IMG/VR virus record: IMGVR_UViG_3300031885_000005
Coordinates: 13,568 to 77,567 of that record
Direction: 5' to 3' (one strand)
Length of the DNA: 64,000 bases
Origin: a virus
Of this stretch, positions 9,007 through 19,482 are shown piece by piece. The translations under genes were made by a program, and so were the position numbers. The first letter of the stretch is position 1, and each line of letters opens with the position of its first letter. The notes below the pieces were generated by a model. It was given only the letters and a program-made list of their open reading frames with translations, made no database searches and was not told where the DNA came from.

Positions 9007-12000
9007 ATGGCAATTACTACACAAATAATAAATGGAGGAATCTCCACTACAAGTCCTTCTACTGCGAAATACTATTCTCCTTTTGGAGAAGCAACAGGAG
9101 GTACTGCAAAAGCAGGTAGTCAAGGAATAGTAAGTACTCCTGGAACTATAAAAAATCTCAGAGTAGAATTATCTGCTGCTCCAGGAACAGGTGGTTCTGG
9201 AAAAAAATACGACATAACTCTTTATAAAAATGGCGTAGTTCAACTTTTAACTATTTCTATTTTTGAAACTGCAACAACTGGAACGGATTTATCAAATCAA
9301 ATTGCTGTTATCGCTGGAGATTTGATAACAATAGAAGCAAAACCCACTAATACTCCTACAGCAGTTAGAGCAACTTGGGTTATGGATTTTGTTCCTACTA
9401 CTTCAGGAGAGACTCTTTTATTATCTGCTTCAGGAAGTGATTCTGTGGTAGCAAATAATTATTTTATAGCACCAATAACATGTTTTAGTGGTGGTTCTGC
9501 TACAGAATTTGATGTGGAACTAATAATTCCTTGTTCTGGAACTATAAAAAATCTTTATATTAATTCTTCCTTAGCAGCAGGGGCTGGTAAATCATTAATT
9601 TTTACTGTAAGAAAAAATAATGCAGACCAAACTGTAACAACAACTTTAAGTGGGGCAAGTCAAAAAAACAACAACGATACTTCTCATAATTTTACTGTTG
9701 TAGCAGGAGATAGAATCTGTATTCGAATGACAGGAGATTCTACAGCAAGTCCTCGTATAGAAACTGGATTAACTTTTGTTCCAGATACAGCAGGAAACTT
9801 TATTTTAGGATACATTTCTACAAATAATAATTTAGGGTCAACGGCATCAACTAAATATATAAGTATTTCAAGAATAGCAAATACTTCAACAGGTGAGGCT
9901 GATGCAGACCAATTGTTTTCTGCATTTACTATTAAAAATTTATATGCTCAATTGAGCATTGCACCAGATTCTGGTGGGGGAATCCAATCTTTTACTTTTA
10001 CTTTAAGAAAAAATGCAAGTTCACAAGGATTATCTGTTGTTATTTCAGAAACAGCAACAACAGGGAATGCTTCTGCGGATATTTCTATTTCAACAAATGA
10101 TTTATTAGATACTCAAGTAGTAAAAACAGCCACAGTAAATGGTATAAAATTTCGGGTTTCTTATTTAGGTTATATTGCTCCTACTTCTGTAACTTATCAA
10201 GAAGAAATTAATTCTGACGTTCATTTTAAATTAGTTGGAGCACAAAAAACATTAACTTCAGATATAGAATTTACAGGAACAAAAAGAAAATATCTTAATT
10301 CAGATGTTCATTTTAAATTAGTTGGAGCACAAAAAACATTAACATCTGACGTTGAATTTGTAAATAGAATTCAAAAAACAATAAATTCTAACATCGAATT
10401 TACTATTGAATACGAAGGGAAATTTATTCACAATACAAAGGCTTTTATTGTTACCGATACTAATCCTGCACAAATAATAAAAATAGATTTATCCAATCCT
10501 ACTTCATATACAAAATATACAATAACAGGGAAACAAAATGCAAAAGATTTAGTAATCAATCATGACAGAGAGTTTATTTATGTTTCTTTAGATAATGGCA
10601 AAGTAGCAAAAGTAGAAGCAAATAATCCTGCTAATCAAACTATTTTTGATATAGGAGAAGATGAACAATTAGTTTCAATTGCACATAGTTCTACTTATTT
10701 GACTACATTTATTGCAGATACCAATGCAGACGAAAGTTTATTTGTTATTGATGAGGCAACTTATGGAATAATAAATACACCTGAAGCATTTCCATTATTA
10801 TCATCTTTAAGGACAAGAAGATTACTTACCAGAATTATAAATACTATCTTAAATACTTTAAAGGGATTAATAATAAATACACCCGAAGCATTTCCATTAT
10901 TATCATCTTTAAGGACAAGAAAAGTAATTAAAGATACAATAAATACCGATTTAAGATTTCTAAAAACAGAATATGATAAAATTACTTATACTAATCCAAT
11001 AGCAAGAACTGATTTTCATGTTAAAATAGATGGAGTAGAATTAACAGATAATGATTTAATTTTAAGTTCTATTAAAGTAACCCATACAGCAGACAATAAG
11101 AGTACCGCTTCGTTTACTTTAACAAGAAAACACGATGATATTGACAATCCTGTAGAAATTTCCAACAATAATATAGTTACTATTTTTATAAAAGCCCAAT
11201 TGCAATTTACAGGAAAAATTCAAAAATTAGATTGCAGTAGCTCAGAAGAAAGAATTGAGGTATCTTGTGAAAGTGAAGAAATAAATGAAGATTATAATAT
11301 AGTTACCAAGGATTTGCCTTTAACTAATTTAAATGAGCAAATACATTTATATGATATATTATTGAATGATATTTCTATAGATAATCCTTTTACTGATACT
11401 CGCAATGTAATTATTTCTGGAGATGGATGGTATTGGAATTCTACTGGATGGGTACAAAATATAACAAATGCATTAACATTTAATACTTATATTTTGGCTT
11501 ATACATATATAAACAATAATATTGCTAATGAGACATTAATAGCAAGACAACCTACTGTTGCTAACAGAGAGGAAAATCCAAAATATTATAAAGGAATAAA
11601 AATAAATTTAGGAACTAAAATAACAGAACGATATATTCATTGGTATGTTGTGGGAGGGTCTACTGAACAAACTGCTTTGGAAATAGAAGAAGGAACATTT
11701 AAATTTATTCCCAATTATACTTATTTTTGGGAAGTTAATGTTACTTGGTTTGATTTATCAGGAGGTTATCGACCCTCGGGTTGGGTTTATATAGGAACAA
11801 GTTTGGCTCCTTTAAGTAGCGATTTATATGAAATTACTGGAGTAGATTATAGTTATCAAAGAAAATTAGAGGATTTAGAGGAAGAATTAGGAATATATAC
11901 TTTAGGAGAAGCTCCTTTTAAAGAAATTTCTGCAAAAAATGGATGGAAAATAACTTATCTTCATGGGGAAGATAAAGATGATGGACTTTATAGTGTTAAA

Positions 12001-12408
12001 GAAAAATCTTATGATTATCGTTCTTATGATATGATTATTGCTGCAATTGAATTGGAAAAAATTAAAAATATAAATGGAGACATTCTTCCGAGAACTTCTG
12101 GCAATATAGATTTGACATTAGATGGTTATTTGTATTATGGATTGAAATTATTAACAAAATTAAATATTGTAAATACTACAGTTCCCGATATTTATAAAAA
12201 TGATAACGGATTTCCGATAAGCATAAAGCAGATAAATATAGATTCTGGGTCAATGAAAGTTAGTTTGAATTGCAGTAACGAAAAATCTAATTGGGAATTA
12301 GAAAGACTTCAAGACCAAGCACCAGAAGAACCAGTAGAAGACATAGGATTTGCAACTTTAATACTAAAAAAATATGATTTATCCAATCAGGAAGAAATAG
12401 ATGAATAA
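9007..12408 (+). CDS. Large modular tail/baseplate protein (3 N-terminal beta-sandwich repeats, propeller-like region, hub-like C-terminus)
   Basis: 1133 aa; TIKNL motif three times; short internal repeats; C-terminal half typical of tail hub proteins. Confidence 0.65.
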   Translation: MAITTQIINGGISTTSPSTAKYYSPFGEATGGTAKAGSQGIVSTPGTIKNLRVELSAAPGTGGSGKKYDITLYKNGVVQLLTISIFETATTGTDLSNQIAVIAGDLITIEAKPTNTPTAVRATWVMDFVPTTSGETLLLSASGSDSVVANNYFIAPITCFSGGSATEFDVELIIPCSGTIKNLYINSSLAAGAGKSLIFTVRKNNADQTVTTTLSGASQKNNNDTSHNFTVVAGDRICIRMTGDSTASPRIETGLTFVPDTAGNFILGYISTNNNLGSTASTKYISISRIANTSTGEADADQLFSAFTIKNLYAQLSIAPDSGGGIQSFTFTLRKNASSQGLSVVISETATTGNASADISISTNDLLDTQVVKTATVNGIKFRVSYLGYIAPTSVTYQEEINSDVHFKLVGAQKTLTSDIEFTGTKRKYLNSDVHFKLVGAQKTLTSDVEFVNRIQKTINSNIEFTIEYEGKFIHNTKAFIVTDTNPAQIIKIDLSNPTSYTKYTITGKQNAKDLVINHDREFIYVSLDNGKVAKVEANNPANQTIFDIGEDEQLVSIAHSSTYLTTFIADTNADESLFVIDEATYGIINTPEAFPLLSSLRTRRLLTRIINTILNTLKGLIINTPEAFPLLSSLRTRKVIKDTINTDLRFLKTEYDKITYTNPIARTDFHVKIDGVELTDNDLILSSIKVTHTADNKSTASFTLTRKHDDIDNPVEISNNNIVTIFIKAQLQFTGKIQKLDCSSSEERIEVSCESEEINEDYNIVTKDLPLTNLNEQIHLYDILLNDISIDNPFTDTRNVIISGDGWYWNSTGWVQNITNALTFNTYILAYTYINNNIANETLIARQPTVANREENPKYYKGIKINLGTKITERYIHWYVVGGSTEQTALEIEEGTFKFIPNYTYFWEVNVTWFDLSGGYRPSGWVYIGTSLAPLSSDLYEITGVDYSYQRKLEDLEEELGIYTLGEAPFKEISAKNGWKITYLHGEDKDDGLYSVKEKSYDYRSYDMIIAAIELEKIKNINGDILPRTSGNIDLTLDGYLYYGLKLLTKLNIVNTTVPDIYKNDNGFPISIKQINIDSGSMKVSLNCSNEKSNWELERLQDQAPEEPVEDIGFATLILKKYDLSNQEEIDE
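10219..10343 (+). repeat. 38-bp exact direct repeat, period 87 (VHFKLVGAQKTLT twice)
   Basis: 10219-10256 is identical to 10306-10343. Confidence 0.9.
10767..10921 (+). repeat. 53-bp direct repeat with one mismatch, period 102 (IINTPEAFPLLSSLRTR twice)
   Basis: 10767-10819 vs 10869-10921. Confidence 0.9.
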
Positions 12409-13177
12409 TTACGAAAATACGAAACATAAAATAAGAGAATTATATTATGGTTTAGAGATTATAGAAAATGATTCGGGCAGAGTAAAAACAGGTAATATCA
12501 AAATCTTATCTTTTGATATATTACCCAATCGTAGATATATTGTGATTGCGAGAGAATCTACTTTTTTGCCTATATATAAAGAATTTAATTTTACTTTTAA
12601 AAATAACAAAAAACCAATTTTTCCCAATATTAGGATTATTCCTGTTTTGAGTACATCAGAAGGTTATGAAAAAGATTTATCGGAAAAAATATTGAGACCT
12701 TCTATACAAAAATATTTTACTCAAGAAGACGATAATCTTAATTTATTTTTTAAAATAGATATATCCGAGATAACTTCTATTGAGAAAGAAAGAGAAAATT
12801 TTGACATAATATTAACAAAAAGATTTTTTTCATTTGGTCAAGAAATAGATTTATATAGAGAATCTCCCATATATGTAAATGAACAGTTTAGAATTTATAG
12901 AAATAGTTCAGGTAAATTGGGTTTGAAAGTTTTTAATGGCAGTCAGGTAAAAGGAGAATATATTCTGACTAATAGTTGGGATGATTGCCAATATAACAAA
13001 TATTATAATTTAAGATTTGTTAGAAAAGGAGATACAGTAGAATTTTATATTGATGGAGTTAAAAAAGAAATAACTACTTTAGTTGCATTTACTCATGATA
13101 TTCCTGTTTATATAAAAATTTATTTGACTTGTAATAATAGAGGAGATTTTAATGAATTACGAACAACAAAAACATAA
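12401..13177 (+). CDS. Tail-tip protein with LamG/ConA-like insert
   Basis: YYNLRFVRKGDTVEFYIDG LamG-like motif; paralogous N-terminus. Confidence 0.5.
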   Translation: MNNYENTKHKIRELYYGLEIIENDSGRVKTGNIKILSFDILPNRRYIVIARESTFLPIYKEFNFTFKNNKKPIFPNIRIIPVLSTSEGYEKDLSEKILRPSIQKYFTQEDDNLNLFFKIDISEITSIEKERENFDIILTKRFFSFGQEIDLYRESPIYVNEQFRIYRNSSGKLGLKVFNGSQVKGEYILTNSWDDCQYNKYYNLRFVRKGDTVEFYIDGVKKEITTLVAFTHDIPVYIKIYLTCNNRGDFNELRTTKT

Positions 13178-14301
13178 AATAAATAATTTAATTCAAAGAA
13201 ACGAATCTTTATCTAATAAATTAGATAATATAAAATATAATGTTAAAGATTTAAATAGAGAGAATTTTATTAAGAAAATAATATATTTAGAAACCGATTG
13301 GATAACTAACTCTTATTAAAATGGAAGAATATACTCCAATATTTATATCCTATTCCGAAAATCCTCCTCCTACGTATAAAGAAATAGTTTATAATAAGGA
13401 AGTAGAGTTATCTATTCCTGAAAAACAATTAGATGCAATAGATTATTCCATTATCTTTGATAATACTTCTTTATTAAAAAATTGTAGTAAAAAAATAGTA
13501 TATACTTTTGCTAATTATTATGAATTCAGTTCAGATGTTTCGGGAACTATTTTTAAAGGAGTTATTACTATATTAGGTGGAGTGCCAACTCAAACAGTTT
13601 GCTGTTGGAAAGCAGATTTAGATAAAAATGCGGTATATGCCAAATATCCTGGTTCTCCACTTTCAAATGGTAAAGTACCTATATATTGGGATAGTAATCA
13701 TATATATCCAATTCGATTATATAATCCTGGCGGGGATTTAGTATATCCTTTTTCTTCTGGTGATGGAGCAACAACTACTTATGAAGCAGCCTTAGCTATT
13801 GTACAACCTCGCAGAGACGAAGCTGATGCAATTGGGCATACTTTTACAATGAATATGAATATACCCGAACCAGTTTTATATGAAGAATCTATAATAAATA
13901 AAGTAGGAAAAAACGGATATATGTTTATTCAAACAGGCAAAAATAAGAAAGAAATAGGAAATAAATTCAAATTAATAATTTCTGGGAATAAATTTATAGA
14001 AAAAGAATCAGAATATTTAATAACACCATCCTATAATTTTCCTCAATATACTGAATGGACTATGATTCATACCTATTATGATTATATTTATACTTTTTAT
14101 CATCCAGAATATCCTTTCTGGTTTTGGCATTTTGAATATGGGCATACCGAACCCCCGTATAATTTTAAAATAATAAAAAATAAACAAATGGCAGGATACA
14201 TCGAAAAATCGGGGCAAGAAAATAAGATAATTAAAAATAAATTTATGATTGCGGTTTCTAATAAAAGCAACAATAAAGAAGAGAAAAAATATGAGAAATA
14301 A
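13152..14301 (+). CDS. Tail-tip protein split by a frameshift near 13305 (13152..13319 plus 13321..14301)
   Basis: AGGAG RBS and ATG 13152 give a 55-aa ORF resembling the neighbours' N-termini; the downstream 326-aa ORF has no RBS. Confidence 0.55.
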
Positions 14302-14770
14302 AATTAGATACATTTATGATAAATTAAGAGAATCAGAAAATAAATACTCTTCTCTCGAAGATAATGAAATTAAAGTAGATAATCTTATTGATTTAAATGT
14401 TAATAATTATGATAAAAGAATAATACATTTGGATACCGAATGGCGAGATTTTACATTAATGGGGTTTGAAGGATTTGAAACTACAGCAGGAAGGGATATT
14501 GGATATGCGGAATTTAGTATTCCTTTTTCAAAATTTCCTAAAAAATTTTTACCTTTTATTAATGTAGATATTTTATTATCTTCTGATATGGATGTTGATA
14601 TTTTAAAAACAGAAACAATTTTTGAAATATATGAAGATTTAGAGAATCCCGATAACGTATTGAAAAATGGCAATATAAAAGTTTATTTTGTTATTGGATT
14701 TTTAAATAATTCTTCTCTTCCCAAAGCCAAAGCAAGTATAAATGTTTATAATCCTGCATGTTTAAGATAG
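14291..14770 (+). CDS. Tail-tip protein paralog
   Basis: MRNKIRYIY...IIHLDTEW; last + strand gene. Confidence 0.55.
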   Translation: MRNKIRYIYDKLRESENKYSSLEDNEIKVDNLIDLNVNNYDKRIIHLDTEWRDFTLMGFEGFETTAGRDIGYAEFSIPFSKFPKKFLPFINVDILLSSDMDVDILKTETIFEIYEDLENPDNVLKNGNIKVYFVIGFLNNSSLPKAKASINVYNPACLR

Positions 14771-14773
14771 AGA

Positions 14774-15487
14774 TTATTTTAATTTATTTTTAATTTCTTG
14801 TCTCAATTCTTCTTGATTAAATGTTTGAATTGATAAAAGTTCAAACATTTTTTTATAATCTATTTTTTCGAAATTGGTTATGTTTGAATTCGGACTAACA
14901 TTATAGATTTTTATATTTGGCTCTTTAAAATGCCCGAAATATTGAGATGGATTATGTCCAGTATAAGGGGCAGTATAATTCATTCCTCTATGATTAATTT
15001 CTTCTTTGGAATAGTAATGTATATTATTATCTTTTTTATTAATTGTACCCCAATCGAAACCTAAAAGAAAAATAACTCCTTTATAATCCAACAAAAATTG
15101 TGCCAAAGAAAGAGTATAGATTCCACTTAAAAAGTGGGTGTAAAAATCCCTCTTTAATGGATTGATATTGTATTCGCTTCCAGTTTTAATAAAAATAGTG
15201 TTAGATAACTGCCATTCTTTTAAATCATTTTTATCATTGGCGTAGATTATTAGGAGTTCTTTTTTGAGTTCTTCATAAATATCTGGATGGTTCTTGCGGT
15301 TTTTTTTGGCTTGTAAGGGAACATAAAAATCGTGGTCTCCAAAAACAGTTAAAGTATGAGGGAAATGAAGAAAGGCATAATTTATGGCAAGGACACACTT
15401 TGTGGCTAAAAGTGGCTTTAAAGTGCCAAAATCGACCTGTTTTATACTACTTCCCCCACCAATAAGTATAATTTCATTAAAATTCAT
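14774..15487 (-). CDS. DUF115/Maf/GT29-like glycosyltransferase-fold protein
   Basis: IILIGGGSS, AINY, FGD, SG, IFLLGFD, HYY motifs. Confidence 0.6.
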   Translation of the reverse strand: MNFNEIILIGGGSSIKQVDFGTLKPLLATKCVLAINYAFLHFPHTLTVFGDHDFYVPLQAKKNRKNHPDIYEELKKELLIIYANDKNDLKEWQLSNTIFIKTGSEYNINPLKRDFYTHFLSGIYTLSLAQFLLDYKGVIFLLGFDWGTINKKDNNIHYYSKEEINHRGMNYTAPYTGHNPSQYFGHFKEPNIKIYNVSPNSNITNFEKIDYKKMFELLSIQTFNQEELRQEIKNKLK

Positions 15488-15653
15488 TTTTACACCATTT
15501 ACAGGTTTTTTTATTTTTATTTAAAAATTCAGGATTGGGCATTTTTCTACCGCAATAAATACAGAGGCAATCATTACATGCCAATCCTCCACTTAATCCA
15601 CAATAAGTAAGCCCATCTATTATTTTTTGGTGCATACAGGCTTTATTCTTCAT
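15477..15653 (-). CDS. Cys-rich micro-protein (58 aa, not in ORF track)
   Basis: MKNKACMHQ...CNDCLCIYCG...CKWC; overlaps the next gene start. Confidence 0.55.
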   Translation of the reverse strand: MKNKACMHQKIIDGLTYCGLSGGLACNDCLCIYCGRKMPNPEFLNKNKKTCKWCKNEF

Positions 15654-15797
15654 CTTTTACCTTAACTTTCCTTATTTCCCAATACTTTCGCCTAATTAAT
15701 TCTCCATTCTCTAATCTAATATCCAAATCCTCATCATAAATAATTTCTACTTTTCCTTCCTGTACAATTCCATTATGTTTGACTAAAACAGATTTAC

Positions 15798-16391
15798 CTA
15801 TATACATTGGTATATTTTAACTTTTAATATGGGTTTTTGATGCCAAGTCCAACAATTATATTTATCATAAATGTCTTGACATTGTTTGTAAAAATCCAAA
15901 TCATTTATAAAGGTTCCTATTGATTTTTTAGGTAAAGAAGGATGAAATTTTTTAAAATCTCCACCTGAGAAATAAATATTAGAATACAGAAACTTAATTT
16001 TATTTTGAGTTAAAATTTTATTTACTAATATATGGTCTAAGTTTTTATATTCTCCCCAGGGGTTATGAGAAAAAATAATATCATTTTTATTAACAAATTT
16101 TAATATTTCATTACTAAACTTTTTCAATCTGGAATTGTTATTTTCTGCCCAACGATAAAATCGACTCCAATAATCCAAACAAATAATTTCCGCATCAATA
16201 AGTTTTCCGATTTCAAATAACGCAGTTTTCCTATATTTCCATTGAGGGCAACAAGTATTAGTTAAATCAGATGAACAACAAATTATTTTTTTAGTATATG
16301 GTAATGCATACCAAAAAAAGATAACTTCATCATCTGGATGCGAAATAACTATAGTTATATTTTTAGTTAAATTAATCATTTCTTTAACCAT
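15798..16391 (-). CDS. PIG-L/LmbE family N-acetyl-sugar deacetylase
   Basis: SHPDDE and SHNPWGEY..DH motifs. Confidence 0.8.
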   Translation of the reverse strand: MVKEMINLTKNITIVISHPDDEVIFFWYALPYTKKIICCSSDLTNTCCPQWKYRKTALFEIGKLIDAEIICLDYWSRFYRWAENNNSRLKKFSNEILKFVNKNDIIFSHNPWGEYKNLDHILVNKILTQNKIKFLYSNIYFSGGDFKKFHPSLPKKSIGTFINDLDFYKQCQDIYDKYNCWTWHQKPILKVKIYQCI

Positions 16392-18388
16392 TCTTTATTT
16401 TTATATTTTTTATCATTTATTATTTGCTCCCAAGATTTCTTAGTATATTTTCGTAGATACAGAATTAAAGGTTTTGGAACTGTTATTATAATATTTTTAT
16501 AATTATAATTTTTTATATGTTGAGAACGGTTTATTTCTATTTCAATTTTAAAATCGGTATTTTTTAATAAATCTAAAATAATATTTTTATTTATTTCATT
16601 ATTCGTTCCCAAATTTAAAAGAGGTTCAGTAATTTCTTTTTTTTGAATAATATACAATAAAGTTTCTTTTGCTACCCAATAATAAAGTTTATTTTTGTTT
16701 AATATATTAAATAAGGATTCAATTTTTTCATTATTATCAATAATAATTTTTGGATTTGTTTTTGCTTTATTTTCTAATAAATTTTGATATAGAGTTTCAT
16801 AAAGGAATAGCAATTTTTCTGGAGTATAAAAGGTTTTTCTCCAATTTATTATTTTTTGTTGTGCTTTTTTTAATTCTTTTGGATTATTTATATAAAAATA
16901 TAAAGTCGATTCCAAAGTTTCAATATTTGTTTTTATAAAAGGATAGTCTTCTCCACTATAACTGGTTAATGGAATTGCTCCGAAACATGTTGCTTCGAGA
17001 GAGGTACAATGAAATTCTTCAAAATTATTATTCATATCATCAATTATAATATCGGCTTTTCTTTTTCTATTGAGATTTTCATCAAGAGGCTGTCCTTCTA
17101 TTAAATCTATTTCAAACTTTAAAGTTGAGTCTTTTTTTAATTTTTCTAATATTTCTATTACTTCTTCTCTTTTTTTAGAACATAAAGGCATCCTATTTCC
17201 TAAATTTTTAATAGTAGGAGCAAAAACTATTAATGGAACGGGATTGTCTTTGATTGTTGACTCTTCAAATAAAAATCTAATAATAGGAAGGGTATATGTT
17301 GACAATTTTTTATATATTTCTTTTTGTAAAGGTTGGTCAGCAACAGTAAGGAATGTACTATATTTTTTGACTTGGTTAAGATAAGTTTCATTATAAGATG
17401 AATGAATATCATATAAAGTAGTGATAACTATTTTATTTTTTAATAAAGGTTCAATTTCTTCAAAATAAAACCCATGATGAGCATGAATAATATCTGCTTT
17501 TTTTATAAGTTCTATACATTCATTCTTTTGTGTTTGCCAATAAAATTCATGAGGAAATTTACGAAAAGGAGCAACTGGACTATCGTTATATTCTTTTCCT
17601 AAAATATATACTGAGGTATAATTGTTAGAATAAGCGTTTATTAATTTTGATAATTCATAACCACAATTTGCACAAGGAACGGTGGCTAATTGAATTATTA
17701 ATTTTTTATTTTTATTGGTATATTTTTTTCTCCATTCATCATAATCAAGATTTTTTTTAGTTATATTTTGAAGACCATCGGAATGTTCTATTCTACAATA
17801 AAAACTTTCTGGAAAGAATAAAAAATTATAGTTTTTTTCTTTTGCTCTAATCCAAAACTCCCAATCGCTGTGGGAAATATTTTTATGCCCTCCAATATTT
17901 ATCCAAATTTCTTTTTTGAATAAACAAGTTCCTGGAAGACAATTATTTTCTCTTAATTCTTCCAAAGTAAATTTTTCTTTTCCATAGTAATGCATGTCCA
18001 AATTAAATGAATCAATGTTTATTAATCTATGTGTAATTATATCTGCCTCTGGATGTTCTAAAATAAAATTTTTTAATTTTTTCCCCCAATTATTTTCAGG
18101 GGAGATATGAAAATCATCATCGTCTAAAAAAATAATCCAATTGGATTTGCATTGAATAATTGCCCTATTTCTGGTTCTGGGCAATCCGAGATTATAATTA
18201 TTTTTTAAAAATTTTATTCTCGGATATTGTTGCAATAATTCTTCTATTTTTTTAATATGAAAATCAGAAGAACCATCATCAATTACAATTATTTCATCAA
18301 AACCTTGATAATAAATAGAATTAATCGCTTTTTGTATTAAATGACTTCTATTAAATGTTGGAATAATCAAACAAATTGAATTGTTCAT
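16376..18388 (-). CDS. Multidomain glycosyltransferase: GT2, GT-B-like domain and degenerate LicD-like tail
   Basis: IIPTFNR, IDDGS, FLDDDD, DWEFW; second domain ADIIHAHH...ADIIIDD...SLEA. Confidence 0.85.
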   Translation of the reverse strand: MNNSICLIIPTFNRSHLIQKAINSIYYQGFDEIIVIDDGSSDFHIKKIEELLQQYPRIKFLKNNYNLGLPRTRNRAIIQCKSNWIIFLDDDDFHISPENNWGKKLKNFILEHPEADIITHRLINIDSFNLDMHYYGKEKFTLEELRENNCLPGTCLFKKEIWINIGGHKNISHSDWEFWIRAKEKNYNFLFFPESFYCRIEHSDGLQNITKKNLDYDEWRKKYTNKNKKLIIQLATVPCANCGYELSKLINAYSNNYTSVYILGKEYNDSPVAPFRKFPHEFYWQTQKNECIELIKKADIIHAHHGFYFEEIEPLLKNKIVITTLYDIHSSYNETYLNQVKKYSTFLTVADQPLQKEIYKKLSTYTLPIIRFLFEESTIKDNPVPLIVFAPTIKNLGNRMPLCSKKREEVIEILEKLKKDSTLKFEIDLIEGQPLDENLNRKRKADIIIDDMNNNFEEFHCTSLEATCFGAIPLTSYSGEDYPFIKTNIETLESTLYFYINNPKELKKAQQKIINWRKTFYTPEKLLFLYETLYQNLLENKAKTNPKIIIDNNEKIESLFNILNKNKLYYWVAKETLLYIIQKKEITEPLLNLGTNNEINKNIILDLLKNTDFKIEIEINRSQHIKNYNYKNIIITVPKPLILYLRKYTKKSWEQIINDKKYKNKEWLKK

Positions 18389-19482
18389 TTTTTGGGTATC
18401 CATTCTCCCTGAGATGGTTCTCCTTGTTTTAACATTTTATAAAGTTCCTTTTTGGAAAGACAAATAGAAGAATCAAAAGTATTGAAAGTAATATTTTTCT
18501 TTGATTTTTTTCCAGGAGTAAGTATAAAAATTCTAAATTTTTTAGATTTACTCAAATATTTAGTATTAAATGGATAGACGGTTTCTTCTGTAAATGGAAT
18601 TTCAGTATTTGAAATCAATTCTTCAACTATTTTTTCTCTCCCATCAATTCGTATTCCTATTGTTTTTGTTTTCACTTTATAAATTTTTGAAATGACATCT
18701 ACTAAATCTCCCAAACAAAAAATAGGCATTTCTCTTGTAATTATTTGCCCTCCTTTTGAATTTAATAATGTCCACAAAAATAAATCTACCGCTTCAGACA
18801 ATAATAAGGTATATCGTTTCATTTTTGGGTCTGTGATTTCTAATACTTTTTGTGATTTTGCTGTATCAATCCATATAGGTAAAATAGACCCATAACTACC
18901 AAGGAAATTTCCTCCCCTAACCAATGAAAATTTAGTTTTTATATTTCTTCCTTCTGCTCCTCGTTGGGCACCTATAAATATGTCTTCCATTGCTTTTTTA
19001 GTATTTCCATAAACATTAGAAGGATTAGTGGCTTTATCTGAACTTGCGGCAATCACATGTTCTATATTTCCATTTTGTAAAATTAATTCAGTTAAAATAG
19101 AAGTACCTCCTTGATTAATTTCAATTGCTTCTTTAGGGTGTTGTTGACATTCTTCAATTCGTTTCATCGCTGCTAAATGAAAAACAATATTTACATTTTC
19201 TAATGCTTTTTTAAGTTTATCTTTTTCTAATATACTCCCAGGAATATATTCAATTATCATTTTTTTTGATTTATTTTCAAATTCTTTTTTTGTTCTCGCT
19301 CGTTTATCCTCAGTTCGACTAAAAATAATTATTTTTTTTGGATTAAAACTCAATAATCTTTTAGTCAAAACTCTTCCCAAAGACCCAGTACCTCCAGTAA
19401 TGAGAATTGTTTTATTTTTTAAAATAAGTTTTAATTTTTGATTGAAGATTTTTCTTGTCATTATTTTAAATTTCTTTCCCAA
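18385..19482 (-). CDS. UDP-GlcNAc 4,6-dehydratase-like (PseB/CapD, Polysacc_synt_2)
   Basis: ITGGTGSLG, FHLAAMK, SSDKA, YGNTK, VRGGNFLGS. Confidence 0.85.
   Translation of the reverse strand: MGKKFKIMTRKIFNQKLKLILKNKTILITGGTGSLGRVLTKRLLSFNPKKIIIFSRTEDKRARTKKEFENKSKKMIIEYIPGSILEKDKLKKALENVNIVFHLAAMKRIEECQQHPKEAIEINQGGTSILTELILQNGNIEHVIAASSDKATNPSNVYGNTKKAMEDIFIGAQRGAEGRNIKTKFSLVRGGNFLGSYGSILPIWIDTAKSQKVLEITDPKMKRYTLLLSEAVDLFLWTLLNSKGGQIITREMPIFCLGDLVDVISKIYKVKTKTIGIRIDGREKIVEELISNTEIPFTEETVYPFNTKYLSKSKKFRIFILTPGKKSKKNITFNTFDSSICLSKKELYKMLKQGEPSQGEWIPKK

Noticed and set aside
10219-10921. Diversity-generating retroelement TR/VR pair or CRISPR array
   Set aside because: Repeats are in-frame coding duplications without adenine-specific mismatches or spacers; no reverse transcriptase or cas gene in the window
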